DNA from: an uncultured delta proteobacterium
Lineage (GTDB): Bacteria; Myxococcota_A; UBA9160; SZUA-336
Assembly (NCBI GenBank): GCA_963707945.1
Contig: CAVPRM010000002.1
Span: 378,862-442,861, forward strand
DNA: 64,000 bases
Reading direction: 5' to 3'
The position numbers and the translations under genes were made by a program. Every line of letters starts with the position of its first letter. Positions within the stretch are counted from its first letter, which is position 1. Of the stretch, positions 9,308 to 22,481 are shown piece by piece. Below the pieces are notes generated by a model, which worked only from the letters and a program-made list of their open reading frames with translations, had not been told where the DNA came from and did not search any database.

Positions 9308-11198
9308 GTGTCGAACGGGGTCCCGGACGGGTCCGCTCCACGGCTCGCCCTGCGCCGGCTGACCCTGGCCGCGATCGGCGTGGTGTACGGGGACATCGGC
9401 ACCTCGCCCCTCTACGCGATTCGCGAGTGTTTCCACGGGATTCACGGCGTGAGCCCCAACGCGGAGCACGTCCTGGGCGTGCTCTCGCTGGTGTTCTGGC
9501 TGCTCGCCCTGGTCGTGGTCGCGAAGTACCTGACCTTCGTGATGCGCGCCGACAACAACGGCGAGGGCGGCGTGCTCTCGCTCCTGGCGCTGGTGCAGCG
9601 CCAGACGGCGAGCGGCACGCGCTTCAGCACGATCGCGTTCCTGGTCGCCCTGATCGGCACCGCCCTGCTCTACGGCGACGGCATGATCACGCCGGCGATC
9701 TCGGTCCTGTCGGCGATCGAGGGCCTGGACATCGCCCAGCCGGGGCTGTCGCCGCTGATCTGGCCGATCGCCCTGGTGATCCTGGTGGGCCTGTTCCTGC
9801 TGCAGCGCACCGGCACCGCGGTGCTCGGGGCGTGGTTCGGGCCGATCTCGCTGGCCTGGTTCGTCGCGATCGGGCTCGCCGGCGTGCCGTGGATCGTGCG
9901 CCAGCCGGACGTGCTCGCGGCGATCAATCCGGTTCACGCGTGGCTCTTGCTGCGCGACGGCAGCGGCCCCGGGATCTTCATCCTCGGCTCGGTGGTCCTG
10001 TGCGTGACCGGCGCCGAAGCGCTCTACGCCGATCTGGGTCACTTCGGCCGGCGCCCGATCGCGCTGGCCTGGTACGCGGTGGTGTTGCCGTCGCTTTTGC
10101 TTTCGTACTTCGGGCAGGGCGCCTTCCTGCTCCACGCCGGCGCGGAGGGAATCGACAACCCGTTCTTCGCGATGCTGCCCGTCGTGGAGCGTGCTGCCGA
10201 TGGTAGGCCTCGCGACCCTCGCCACCATCGTGGCGTCGCAGGCGGTGATCTCGGGCTCGTTCTCGCTCACGGCACAGGCGATCCAGCTCGGCTACCTGCC
10301 GCGCATGCAGATCATCCACACCTCGAGCCGACACGAGGGCCAGATCTACGTGCCCGCCGTGAACTGGGCGCTGATGATCGCATGCATCTTCCTCGTGCTC
10401 GAGTTCCGCGGCTCGTCGGGACTGGCGTCGGCGTACGGGATCGCGGTGACGGGAACGATGGCGGTGACCACGTTCCTGTTCGTTCCGATCGCTGCGCGCC
10501 GCTACGGCTGGCTCGCCGCGAGCGCGCTCTGCGCCGGGTTCCTCGTCATCGACCTCACCTTGTTCGGCGCGAACCTGCCCAAGACGCCGCACGGCGGCGC
10601 GTTCCCACTGGCGATGGGGCTCGTGCTGTTCACGGTCATGACCACCTGGAAGCGCGGCACAGAGCTCCTCAATACGCACTTGAACGACGTGACGCTTCCG
10701 CTAACCGCGTTCATCGCGGACGTCGCAAGCTCGAAGCCCCTGCGGGTGCCGGGGACGGCGGTGTTCATGTCTGGCTATCCCGACGGCCTCCCGCTCGCGC
10801 TCGGCCACCACTTCAAACACTCGAAAGTGTTGCACGAGCGGATCGTGCTGCTGTCGATCACGACCGAGCACGTGCCGGTGGTGCCGCGCGAAGACCGGGT
10901 GCGGGTGGAGTTCCTGGGCGAGGGCTTCGTGCGCGTCGGCGCGCGCTACGGCTTCACCCAGACGCCGTCGATCGGAGACGTGATGCGCCAGATCGCGGCG
11001 ACCGGCGTGCCGGTCTCCGTCGAAGAGGCCAGCTTCTTCCTCGGCCGGGTGACCGTGCTCGCCTCGGGCAAGCGCGAGCTCGCGGGCTGGCGCAAGCGGC
11101 TCTTCGCGATCCTGCACTACACCGCGCAGCCGGCGACCGGCTACTTCGGGATCCCGCCCGGCCGCGCCGTCGAGCTCGGGATGCAGATCACGATCTAG
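9308..11198 (+). pseudogene. kup: Potassium uptake protein Kup (KUP/HAK/KT family), with a single +1 frameshift at ~10179
   Basis: The N-terminus has the Kup signature AIGVVYGDIGTSPLY. The frame breaks at FFAMLP (extra C in a CCC run) and resumes as SWSVLPMVGLATLATIVASQAVISGSFSL... in the ORF 10191..11198. Confidence 0.85.
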
Positions 11199-11829
11199 CG
11201 CGCGCCGCGCCGCGGCCCAGCTCGGCGATCGCGAGCGAGAACAGCGCGAGCGCGCCGAGCGCGACCGCGCGGCGGCCGCCGCCGAACGCGCGCGCCGCGG
11301 CGCCGCCTGCGACCGCGACCAACAGCGCGAGGGCGAGAAGCCGCGGGGTCCAGCGGCTGGCGGCGCCCGCGCGAGCCGCGAGCAGCGCGAGCCAGGCCAC
11401 GCCGACCACGAGCGCCAGCAGCTGCGGCAGGATGAACGCCAGGTCCGCCGACTGGAAGCGCTCCATCACCGGCAGCATCGCCTCGCGAGCCAGGCCCGGC
11501 GCCACCATCTCGGCCGCGAGCAGGTGGTAGATCGCGTCCGCCGCGAAGCCCGTCGCGCCGATCCCCACCAGCGAGGCGGCCAGGAATGCGCCCGTCGACT
11601 CGCGCAGCGGGGTCGCCTGCACGATGCCCAGCACCCCGGGCACGAGCAGCGCCGACGACACCAGCTGCACGGCCACCGAGGCGAACACACTCCCGGGTGT
11701 CAGCGCGACCTGCTCGAGGATGAAGGCCGCGTCCGTCGTACCCGGCAACGGCATCAGGAACCACGCGAGCCAGAAGGCGACGCCGGCCCCGATCAGACAC
11801 GCGCCCGCCATGCCCCGAACTCCCGCCAT
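11188..11829 (-). CDS. Hypothetical polytopic membrane protein
   Basis: 213-aa ORF with 5-6 hydrophobic helices, convergent with kup; no recognisable motif. Confidence 0.4.
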   Translation of the reverse strand: MAGVRGMAGACLIGAGVAFWLAWFLMPLPGTTDAAFILEQVALTPGSVFASVAVQLVSSALLVPGVLGIVQATPLRESTGAFLAASLVGIGATGFAADAIYHLLAAEMVAPGLAREAMLPVMERFQSADLAFILPQLLALVVGVAWLALLAARAGAASRWTPRLLALALLVAVAGGAAARAFGGGRRAVALGALALFSLAIAELGRGAARARS

Positions 11830-11926
11830 GGGCCGACTCTTCCACCGGCGGACCCGGCTCGAAATGCAGCCGATCGCTGCGCGCGGACGGTGCTACGATC
11901 GGTCGGCCCCGTGGCAGGAGGGAGCT

Positions 11927-14636
11927 GTGATCGGTCGGCTGCTCCGTTTCGTGCGCGAGGCTTCGCGGCTCGGCCTGGACCCGCTGGGCCTCGGAGGCTT
12001 GCTCGAGGCGATGCCGAACTTCATCGGCGTGGCCGTCGACGAGCGCCTGGCTTACGTGAACGGCGCCAGTCAACGCCTGCTCGGAGTGGCGTCGCAGGAC
12101 GCGCTGCTGGGCCGCTCGGTGTACGACTTCGTGCACCCCGACGACCGCGCGCGCGCACACACGGCGATCGCAGGAGGCGCTCCGCGCGGGCGGCCCGGCT
12201 CCCTTCTTCGAGGTGCGCCTGGTGCGCGGCGACGGAACCGTCCTCGACGTCGAGGTCTGGCTCGCGCCGATCCGCATGCGGGGCGAGGACGCGGTGCTGA
12301 TCCACGGCCGCGACCACAGCCGGCGCCGCAGAGCCGAGCGCGCCCTGCAGGAGAGCGAGGCGCTCTACCGGCGGCTGGCCGAGAACTCCTCCGACATCAT
12401 CAGCGAGTACGACGCGGAGTGGCGGCTCCTCTACGTCAGCCCCAGCATCGAGCGCGTGCTCGGCTATCCGCAGAACACCTGGGTGGGCCGGCGCGCGCGA
12501 GAGACGTTCGGAGAGATGACCCACCCGGACGACCTCCCCGGCATCTTCGCGCTCGAGAGCGAGCTCGACGAATCGCCCGGCGCCACCACGGAGTTCACCC
12601 ATCGCGCCCGCAAGACCGATGGCAGCTGGTGTTGGCTGCACTCGCGCGGCCGGCGCTATCTCGCAGACGGCGAGAAGCGCATCGTCGTGGTCTCGCGCGA
12701 CGTGACCGAGGAGCGGCGCGTTCTCGACGCGCTGCGCGAGAGCGACCGCCGCTTCCAGACGCTCGCTCAGGCCGTGCCGGTCGGGATCTTCCGGATCGAC
12801 AACCGCGGGCGCCACGTGTACCTGAACGAGCGCTGGTCGGAGCTCACCGGGGTGCCGATCGCGGAAGCCCTGGCGAACCCCGCCGTTCGCCCGCTCCACC
12901 CGGAGGACGACGGCCGGATCCTCGAGGTCTCGCGGCGCGCGCTCGCGGAAGGGCGCCCGCTGCAGCTCGAGCAGCGGATCGTCCGGCCCGACGGCCAGAT
13001 CCGCTGGGTGCTCATGCAGGCCGTTCCCGAGCTGGACGCGCGCGGCAGGCTCGAGGGCTGGGTCGGCACGCTCACCGACCTGTCGGAGAAGCGCGCCTCC
13101 GAGAAGGCGCTGGCGGACAGCGAGCAGCGGCTTCGCCTCGCGCTCGAGGGCGCGGACATGTGCACCTGGCAGTGGGACGCGGGCGCGGCAAAGGTGGAGT
13201 GGTCTGCCAATGCGGCCCGCGTGTACGGACTCCCGCCGGGCCAGGAGCTCCCCACGACGACGCGCGAGGCCGCCGCGCTCGTCCACCCCGAGGACCTCTC
13301 CGTCGCGCGAGAGTTGGCCTACCAGCAGGTCGCGCGGGGCGAGACCTTCGAGCTCGAGTTCCGGCTCGCGCCGCGCGAGGGCGAGCCGACGCGCTGGATC
13401 CTGATGCGCGGCCACGTCGCGGCCGAGCGCGGCGGCCGGGCCATCGGCATCGCCGCGAACGTGACTGCGCGCAAGCAGCTCGCCCAGGAGCGCGCCGACC
13501 TCGAAGCGCGACTGCACGAGTCACAGCATCTCGAGAGCCTCGGGCTGCTCGCGGGCGGGGTCGCCCACGACTTCAACAACCTCCTGGTCGGCATCCTCGG
13601 GAACACCGAGCTGGCGCTGCAACGCCCCAGCTCGGATCCCGGCTTGCGCGAGTGCCTCGAGGAGATCCTCCGCTCCGGCGAGCGCGCCGCGGCGCTGGTG
13701 CGGCAGGTGCTGGCCTTCGCGGGGCGCGAGCGGATCGCGCGCGAGCGAATCGACCTGCGCGGGGTCGTCGACGACACGCTCGATGCGCTGCGCCGCTCGC
13801 TGCCGGTGCGCGCGAAGCTCGACTGGTTCGCGCCGGCGGAGCCCGTCTGGGTGGACGCCGATGCGACGCAGCTCCGCCAGGTGCTGATGAACCTGATCAC
13901 GAACGCCTGCGAGTCGCTGCCGCGCGAAGGGGGGCAGGTCGTCCTGCGCCTCCGCGAGGCGGTGCCGTCCGAAGCCGATGCGGCGCGCGGCGTCGAGCTC
14001 GAGGTGCGCGACACCGGCTGCGGCGTCGACGCCGCCGCGCTCGGGCGCATCTTCGATCCCTTCTTCACCACCAAGGGCGCGGGCCGCGGGCTCGGGCTGG
14101 CGGTCGCACACGGGATCGTGCGCGCCCACGGCGGCGAGGTGAGCGTCGAGAGCGCCGTCGGCCGCGGCACCTGCATGCGGGTCCGGCTTCCGGTCGTCGC
14201 GCACGAGCTCGGATCGAGCGGCGCGAGCCCTGCCGTCTCGGGGGAGAGCGCGGTGGAGTCGGCACACGGCACGATCCTGGTCGTCGACGACGAGCGCGGC
14301 GTGCGCGAGATCGCGCGCCGCGCGCTCGAGAGCGCAGGCTACACCGTGCTGCTCGCGAGCGACCGCGCCGAGGCGCTCGCGCACGCGCGCGCGCGAGCAG
14401 GCGAGCTCCGGGCGATCCTGCTCGACCTGGCCCTGGGCAACGAGTCGGGCGAGACGCTGCTCGACGCGCTGCGCGAGCTCGGCGCGCCGCCGGTGCTCGC
14501 GACCAGCGGCTATGCGCCCGACGCCGCGCTGCGCCGGCTCGAGGCGCAGGGCGTCGTCGGGTTCGTGCAGAAGCCGTTCACGGGCTCGAGCCTCGTCCGC
14601 ACCGTCGGAGAGCTCCTGCGCGGCGGCGCTAGCTGA
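11927..14636 (+). pseudogene. Hybrid sensor histidine kinase (3 PAS domains, HisKA, HATPase_c, C-terminal receiver), with a frameshift at ~12170
   Basis: GTG start after AGGAGGGA. A PAS domain (FVHPDDRARAHTAI) is followed by an extra G, and the frame resumes as QEALRAGGPAPFFEVRLVRGDGTVLDVEV. H-box HESQHLESLGLLAGGVAHDFNNLL. G-boxes DTGCGVD and GRGLGLAV. Receiver ILVVDDE...D. Confidence 0.85.
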
Positions 14637-15720
14637 AGCTGTCCCACTCGCCGCACTGCGGGCAGCGGAAGTGCAGCGTGCGGTCCTGGGTGCCGCAGCT
14701 GCGGCAGGCGAGCGGGCGCGGCTCGGTCGGGAGGCGCTCGAGCAGCTCCTCGAAGGCCTTCTTCGCCTCGGCGTCACGGTGCTCCGCCAGCAGGACGCGG
14801 CCGATCTCCGCGTGCGCGGCGAGCCGGGTCGGGTCGCGGTCGAGCATGCGGCGCAGCGCGGTGAGCGCCTCGTCCGCGCGACCCTGCGCCGCCACCGCTC
14901 GCGCCAGCCAGAGAGCTGCCTCGGCGTCGTCCGGCGATGCCTCGAGCTGCTCGCGCAGAACGGCTTCGAGCCCGGCCAACTCGGCGAGCTGCGTGTGCAC
15001 TTCCCAAAGCCGCGGGTACAGCAGCCGCCCGATCGCCGGGTGCAGACCGAGCGCACGGCGGAACAGCCCCGACGCCTTCCTCCAGCTCGCCTCGCGCATG
15101 CGCTGGTCGCCGAGCGCGAGGTAGGCCTCCGCGCAGTCGGGATCCTGCGCGAGCGCGCGCTTGAAGGCGCGCCGCGCCTCGGCGTCGGCGCCGCGAGAGG
15201 CGCGCGCGCGCCCGTGCCCGACGTGCAGGTGGGCGAGAACCTTGCGGGTGCCCGGGTCCTGCGCGCCGATCCGGCCGCGGGTGGCGATGGCGCCCTCCCA
15301 GTCGCCGCTCTCGATCTTGATCCGCTCGAGGGCGCGCAGCGCCTGCAGGTTCTCGGGCTCGATCTGCAGCAGGTCCTGGAAGGACGCGCTCGCGCGCTTC
15401 AGGAACCCGCCCGCGCGGAAGTCGAGCGCCAGCCCGAGCAGCGCCTCGCGCCGCAAGTCGTCTCCGATGTCGGGCCGCAGCAGGAGGTTCTGGTGGATCT
15501 GGATCGCCCGGCCGATGTCGCCGCGCAGCCGGTACAGGTTCGCGAGGGCGAGGTACACGTCCGACGACGACGAGTCGAGCCGCGCTGCCTCGGCGAGCTC
15601 CGCCTCGGCTCCCGGCAGGTCGCCGGCCAGCACCCGGTGCAGCGCGCTGCGCAGGAGCGCGACCGGAGTGCGCTCGGGAGCGGCGCTCTTCTTCGGCCGT
15701 CGGCGCAGCCAGTCGCGCAA
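14629..15720 (-). CDS. lapB: Lipopolysaccharide assembly protein B (LapB/YciM): TPR repeats plus a C-terminal rubredoxin-like zinc finger
   Basis: TPR repeats, then CRSCGTQDRTLHFRCPQCGEWDS at the C-terminus. TTG start immediately after the lapA stop. No N-terminal TM helix is present in this frame. Confidence 0.8.
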   Translation of the reverse strand: MRDWLRRRPKKSAAPERTPVALLRSALHRVLAGDLPGAEAELAEAARLDSSSSDVYLALANLYRLRGDIGRAIQIHQNLLLRPDIGDDLRREALLGLALDFRAGGFLKRASASFQDLLQIEPENLQALRALERIKIESGDWEGAIATRGRIGAQDPGTRKVLAHLHVGHGRARASRGADAEARRAFKRALAQDPDCAEAYLALGDQRMREASWRKASGLFRRALGLHPAIGRLLYPRLWEVHTQLAELAGLEAVLREQLEASPDDAEAALWLARAVAAQGRADEALTALRRMLDRDPTRLAAHAEIGRVLLAEHRDAEAKKAFEELLERLPTEPRPLACRSCGTQDRTLHFRCPQCGEWDSFS

Positions 15721-15721
15721 G

Positions 15722-16041
15722 CTAGACCTTCTGAGCGCTCTGCGGGCTCGCGTCGCTCGCGATCGGCAAGGTGCGCAGGCCGTGGATCTCCTGCTCGAGC
15801 TGCGCGATCCGCTTGGCGTGCCGGCGCGACTGGAGCTTGAGCCGCAGCAGCGGCCAGCTCGTGAGCAGCATCGCCGCGCCCGCGCCGAAGACTGCCGACG
15901 CGACCATGGCGGCCCACAGCTTCGTCGGCCACTTCAGGAGCGGCAGCGTCACCACGACTATGTCGTTGTTGCTGATCACGACGTACACGAGCAGCCCAGC
16001 CAGCACCACGCCGAATGCGATCGATCCCCAGGTCCTCATCG
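15722..16041 (-). CDS. lapA: Lipopolysaccharide assembly protein A (LapA/YciS, DUF1049): small 2-TM inner-membrane protein
   Basis: ATG after GGAGGAGG. MRTWGSIAFGVVLAGLLVYVVISNND...LKLQSRRHAKRIAQLEQEI matches the LapA architecture. Immediately upstream of lapB. Confidence 0.75.
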
Positions 16042-16551
16042 CTTCGCCTCCTCCGCGAACGCCGGCAGGAGCTCCTCGAGCGTGCGCTCGATGTGGGTCG
16101 GGATCACGCGGATCTCGCCGACGCTCGTCATGAAGTTCACGTCTCCCCGCCAGCGCGGCACGAGATGGAAGTGCACGTGGTCCGCGAAGCCTGCGCCCGC
16201 CGCGGCGCCCAGGTTCGCGCCCACGTTCAGCCCGTCGCAATGGTAGGTCGCTTCGAGGATGCGCGCGCCGCGCGCGACCAGCGCCATCAGCTCCGCCTGC
16301 GTCTCCGCGTCGAGCTCGTCGAGCCGGGCGGTGTGCGCGTAGGGCGCCACCATCAGGTGCCCCGGCGAGTACGGGAAGCGGTTGAGCAGCGCGAAGACGC
16401 TCCGGCCGCGGTGCAGGATCAGCCGCTCTCGGTCGGAGCGGCCGGCCGCGGGCTCGCAGAAGATGCAGGCCTGGGGCCCGCGCGCCTTCTCGATGTACTC
16501 GATGCGCCAGGGCGCCCAGAGGGGCCGACGCTCGTCGGTGTCGGCTCCCAC
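16036..16551 (-). CDS. HIT-family (histidine triad) nucleotide hydrolase
   Basis: HVHFHLVPR histidine-triad motif. 4-bp overlap with the lapA start. Confidence 0.8.
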   Translation of the reverse strand: MGADTDERRPLWAPWRIEYIEKARGPQACIFCEPAAGRSDRERLILHRGRSVFALLNRFPYSPGHLMVAPYAHTARLDELDAETQAELMALVARGARILEATYHCDGLNVGANLGAAAGAGFADHVHFHLVPRWRGDVNFMTSVGEIRVIPTHIERTLEELLPAFAEEAKR

Positions 16552-16564
16552 CGCGAGGTCGACC

Positions 16565-16906
16565 TCAGGAACGGGGGCCGGCGCCGGCGCTGGGCCGCGC
16601 GGGCGAGCCCCCGATCTCCTGTTTGCGCTTGGCCTCGATCCGCTCCTTGAGCTCCTTGCCGACCTTGAAGAAGGGCGTGCGCTTGGCGGGGATCTTCACC
16701 TCTTCGCCCGTCTTCGGGTTCCGGCCCTCGCGCGCTTCGCGCACCTTCACCTGGAAGCTGCCGAAGCCGCGGATCTCGATGCGGTCGCCTTTGCGCAGCG
16801 ACTCGGTCATGCAATCGAAGATCGTGTTGACGACGGTCTCGGTGTCCTTCTTGGAGATGTGCGGCACCTTGACCGAGACCCGCTCGATCAGATCGCTCTT
16901 CGTCAT
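16565..16906 (-). CDS. ihfB: Integration host factor subunit beta
   Basis: MTKSDLIERV...RIEIRGFGSF...GRNPKTGEEV...FKVGKELK, typical IHF/HU-fold IHF-beta. Lies downstream of rpsA as in the conserved rpsA-ihfB arrangement. Carries a short Pro/Gly-rich C-terminal extension. Confidence 0.9.
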   Translation of the reverse strand: MTKSDLIERVSVKVPHISKKDTETVVNTIFDCMTESLRKGDRIEIRGFGSFQVKVREAREGRNPKTGEEVKIPAKRTPFFKVGKELKERIEAKRKQEIGGSPARPSAGAGPRS

Positions 16907-16953
16907 TCCGGAGAGATCCCCCACCCGCGTTTCTCCGTACTAGTGGTTTCTGA

Positions 16954-18690
<1,737 letters not shown>

Positions 18691-18691
<1 letters not shown>

Positions 18692-19570
18692 AGTTGGGTC
18701 GTTCTCCCGTCCGGTTCGTTCGTTTCGTTGGGTGGTTGGTTCGTTCGTCGAGTCTGTTCACGCCCGTCCGTCCCGCCTCGAGCAACCTCTCGAGCTCGGC
18801 CCGGTCCGCGCGCTCTAACGCTTCCGAAATTGCCCCCAGGTCCTTCGAAAAGCGCGCTGCCTCTTCGACAACGCGCTTGCGATTCATGAGCAGAATCTCG
18901 CACCAGAGCTTGGGGTTGGAGCGCGCGATGCGGATGAAATCGCGCAGTCCTGGACCCGCCAACTCCAGCTCTTCGTCCCCCGGGAGCCCCATCGCGTAGG
19001 CGAACGCGACTACGTGAGGCAGATGCGAGAGCGCGGCCGCGATGGCGTCGTGCTCCTCGGGCGACTTCCGAACCGTGAAAGCCCCGAGACACTGCCAGAA
19101 TTCCTCAATCCGGTCCACCACATAACCGGCCTCTCCGCCGGAGAGGGCCAGGATGCAGGGCGCGCCCTCGAAGAGGCGCGCGTTGGCGGCCGCGAAGCCG
19201 ACCTCGTGGCCCCCCGTCATGGGATGGGCGCCGACGCAGAGCTCCGGGTGCGGGAGGTGCCGCCGCGCCAGCTCGGCCACGGGCGCCTTCACGCTGGCCA
19301 GATCGGTCAGGAGGGTCGTCTCGCGCAGGTGCGGAGCCGCCGCGCGCATGACCTCGCCCATGGCCTCGAGGGGGACCGCGAGCACGAGCAGATCCGCCCA
19401 GGCGGCCGCCTCGGCCAGCGAGACGAGCGGAATCGGGCCGGCGCGGTCCAGGCCGGGGTCTACCCCCCTCACCTCGTCCGCGATCCGGCGCTCGTGGGCC
19501 GCCAGCGCCGCCGAGCCGCCCATCAGACCGAGTCCGACCACCGCGACGCGCCCGAAGCGGGGCTTCGTCA
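18691..19570 (-). CDS. tyrA: Prephenate dehydrogenase (TyrA)
   Basis: NAD-binding VAVVGLGLMGGS and a prephenate dehydrogenase core. The TTG start overlaps the hisC stop (TTGA). Confidence 0.85.
18692..18760 (-). promoter_or_regulatory. rpsA 5' leader: CA-rich AACGAACGAACC repeats (candidate translational enhancer) embedded in the 3' end of tyrA
   Basis: Minus-strand sequence acgaacgaaccaaccacccaacgaaacgaacgaaccggacgggagaacgacccaactaATG. No canonical Shine-Dalgarno before the ATG. It encodes the low-complexity TyrA tail ERTNHPTKRTNRTGERPN. Confidence 0.45.
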
Positions 19571-20672
19571 ACGGGCCAGCTCGTGCGCGAGGCTCGCCAG
19601 GAACCGCTCGTTCTCCTCGGGCGTACCGACCGAGACCCGCAGGTGGGTCGCGAGCCCGAAGCCGCCCAGCGGCCGGGTGATCACGCCGTGGCGGAGCAGC
19701 CGCTCCTGCAGGGCGTCGGCGCCCGAGCCCACTTCGATCAGGAGGAAGTTCGCGTCGGTCTCGGCGAAGCGCAGGCCGATCTTGCGCAGCCCCGCTTCCA
19801 GCTGGGCGATGCCGGCGTGGGTCAGGTCGCGGATCCGGGCGGTGTGCGCGCGATCGGCCAGCGCGGCGCTCGCCGCGACCTGGGCCAGGCTGTTCACGAT
19901 GAAGGGGTGGCGCGCGCGCTCCAGGTACCCGATCAGCTCGCGGTCGGCGATCGCGTAGCCGATGCGCAGCCCCGCGAGCGCGTAGGCCTTCGAGAAGGTG
20001 CGCAGGACGACGAGCGTCTGGCGCTCGCGCAGGAGCCGCACGCTGTCGGGGAAGTCGCGCCGGCGCACGAACTCGAGGTAGGCCTCGTCGGCCGCGAGCA
20101 CGACGTGCGGGGGAAGCTCGCGCACGAGCTTCTCGAAGTCCGCCGCGCCGATCGAGGTGCCGGTCGGATTGTTCGGGTTCGCGAGCAGGAGCAGCCGCGT
20201 GCGCGGCGTGACCGCGCGGAGCAGCGCCGCGACGTCGGCGCGGTGCTCGCGGTCGAGGGGAACCTGCACCGGGGTCGCCCCCGAGCCCTTGGTCAGGATC
20301 GGGTACATCGCGAAGCTCGGCCAGGCGAAGACCGCCTCGTCGCCGGGCGCGAGGAAGCACTTCGCCAGGAGCTCGAGGATGCCGTCGGAGCCGCCCGCGA
20401 AGCAGAGCTGGTCGCGCCCGACACCGATGTGCGTCGCCAGGGCGTCGCGCAGGACGAAGCAGGTGTCGTCGGGGTAGCGGTTCAGGTTCTCGGCGGCGGC
20501 GAAGATCGCCTCGACCGCGCGGCGCGACGGTCCGATCGGGCTCTCGTTCGAGGCCAGCTTCACCGCGCTCGCGATGCCGAGCTCGCGCTCGAGCTCCTCG
20601 ACGGGCTTCCCGGGCACGTACGGCGCGAGGTCGCGGATGTGGGGGTTCACGAGATCGCGCAGCTTCACGTCG
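19568..20672 (-). CDS. hisC: Histidinol-phosphate/aromatic aminotransferase (HisC family, class II PLP-dependent)
   Basis: YPD, NPNNPTG and SKAYALAGLRIGY (PLP-binding lysine) motifs. The GTG start overlaps the pheA stop (GTGA). Confidence 0.85.
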
Positions 20673-21782
20673 GGCTCTCCGCCACCGGGTAGCTGCCCAG
20701 CACCTTCACGAAATCGCAGCGCGGGCGCAGCTCGCGGATCGCCTCGCCCACCTTCGAGTCCTCGAGGTGGCCCTCGAAGTCGCAGAAGAAGACGTACTCC
20801 CAGGCGCGCTGGCGCGTCGGCCGGGACTCGATCCGGGTCAGGTTCACGCCGTGGTGGTGGAACGGCTCGAGCGCCTTGTAGAGCGCGCCGACCTGGTCGC
20901 GCTTGATCGAGAACAGGATCGAGGTGATGTCGCGCGAGCTCCGCCGCGGCGGGCGCACCGAGATGACCAGGAACCGGGTGGTGTTGTCGGCGAGGTCCTC
21001 GATCCCGGAGTGCACCACGCGCAGGCCGTACAGCTCCGCCGCGATCGGGCTCGCGATCGCGGCGATCTCCTCGTTGCGGCCCGCCAGCTCCGCCGCCTGG
21101 GCGGTCGAGGGCGTGGTCTGCTGCGGAACGTTCGGCAGGTTCAGCTCGAGCCAGGCGCGGCACTGCGCGAGCGCCTGCGGGTGCGAGTGCACGGCGCGGA
21201 TCGCGCGGAGGTCGCCGCTGCGCGACAGCAGATCGTGGTGGATCGGCACGTGGATCTCGGCCGAGATCGTGAGCGGCGAGTCGACGAACAGGTCGAGCGT
21301 GTGCGAGACCACGCCCTCGCTCGAGTTCTCGATCGGCACCACGCCGAACTCGGCCTGCCCCGACTCGACCTGCGCGAAGATCGCGTCGGTCGTCGGCGCC
21401 GGGCGCAGGTCCGCCATCTGGCCGAACTGCTGGATCGCGGCCTGGTGCGTGTAGGTCGCGGGCGGACCGAGGTAGGCGACCGACACGCCGCGCTGCAGCG
21501 AGATCGACGCCGAGATGATCTCGCGGAACACCTTGCGGATCGCCGGCTTCGGGAACGGGCCGTGCGCCTCGCGCTCGAGCCGCTCGAAGATCTCGAGCTC
21601 GCGGCCCGGCACGAACGGCGTCGCATTGCCCGCCGCCTTCACGCGCCCCACCTCGTTGGTGCGCTCGGTGCGCTGGTTCAGGAGATCGAGGATCCGCGAA
21701 TCGATCGCGTCGATCTCGTCGCGCAGCGCGGCCAGCCGCTTCTCGGCGTCGTCGGACTCGCTCAAAACGCGCGGGATCATAT
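20665..21782 (-). CDS. pheA: Bifunctional chorismate mutase/prephenate dehydratase (PheA, P-protein)
   Basis: An N-terminal chorismate-mutase helix region (LRDEIDAIDSRILDLLNQR), a PDT domain (VAYLGPPATYTHQAA, ESRP) and a C-terminal ACT domain. Confidence 0.9.
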
Positions 21783-21823
21783 CGCGTTTTCCTTTGTGAA
21801 ACGATGCCTTAGACTCGGGACCC

Positions 21824-22481
21824 GTGGCGCGAACCAAGTCGGTCGTCGTCGGTCTCACCGGCGGCATCGGGACGGGCAAGTCGAAGGTCTCGGAGCTGCT
21901 CGAGCGGCTCGGCGCGGCCGTCGACTGCTCCGACAAGATCGTGCGCGAGCTGCAGGCGCCCGGTGGAGCAGGCCTGCGCGCGATCGTCGAGGAATTCGGG
22001 CCGGAGTACCTGACGCCGGGCGGCGAGCTCGACCGGCCCAAGCTCGGCAAGCGCGTGTTCGAGGACCGCCGACGCGCGCCTGCGGCTGAACCTCCTGATC
22101 CACCCGCTCGTCACCGCCGAGCACCAGCGGCGGCTCGCCGCGCACCGCGCGCGCGGGGTGCCCGTGATCGTCGCCGACATCCCCCTTCTGCTCGAAGGCC
22201 GCAAGGCCGGCACGGGGACGGGCGCGATCCTGCCCTTCGACTTGATCGTGGTGGTCTACGCGACCGAGGCGCAGCAGCTCGAGCGGATCGTCGCGCGCGA
22301 CAAGCTCTCCCTCGAAGATGCGCGCGCCCGGATCGCCTCGCAGCTTCCGATCGAGGAGAAGCGCGCGCTTGCCGACGTGGTCATCGACAACTCCGGCTCA
22401 TGGGAAGCGACCGAGAAGCAGGTGCGCGAGTGGTACGCCGCCTGGGTCAAGCGCGCTAGCGCGCCGGGCGCTCGAGGCTGA
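21824..22481 (+). pseudogene. coaE: Dephospho-CoA kinase (CoaE), with a frameshift at ~22058
   Basis: P-loop VVGLTGGIGTGKS. The frame breaks after KRVFED (extra C). It resumes as ADARLRLNLLIHPLVTAEHQRRLAAHRARGVPVIVADIPLL in the ORF 22158..22481. Confidence 0.85.

Noticed and set aside
15399-15932. Alternative-frame ORF (177 aa) that could have supplied a missing N-terminal membrane anchor for LapB
   Set aside because: Its translation is low-complexity, non-hydrophobic R/A-rich sequence, so there is no evidence of a frameshifted TM segment. LapB is therefore taken to start at the TTG after lapA.
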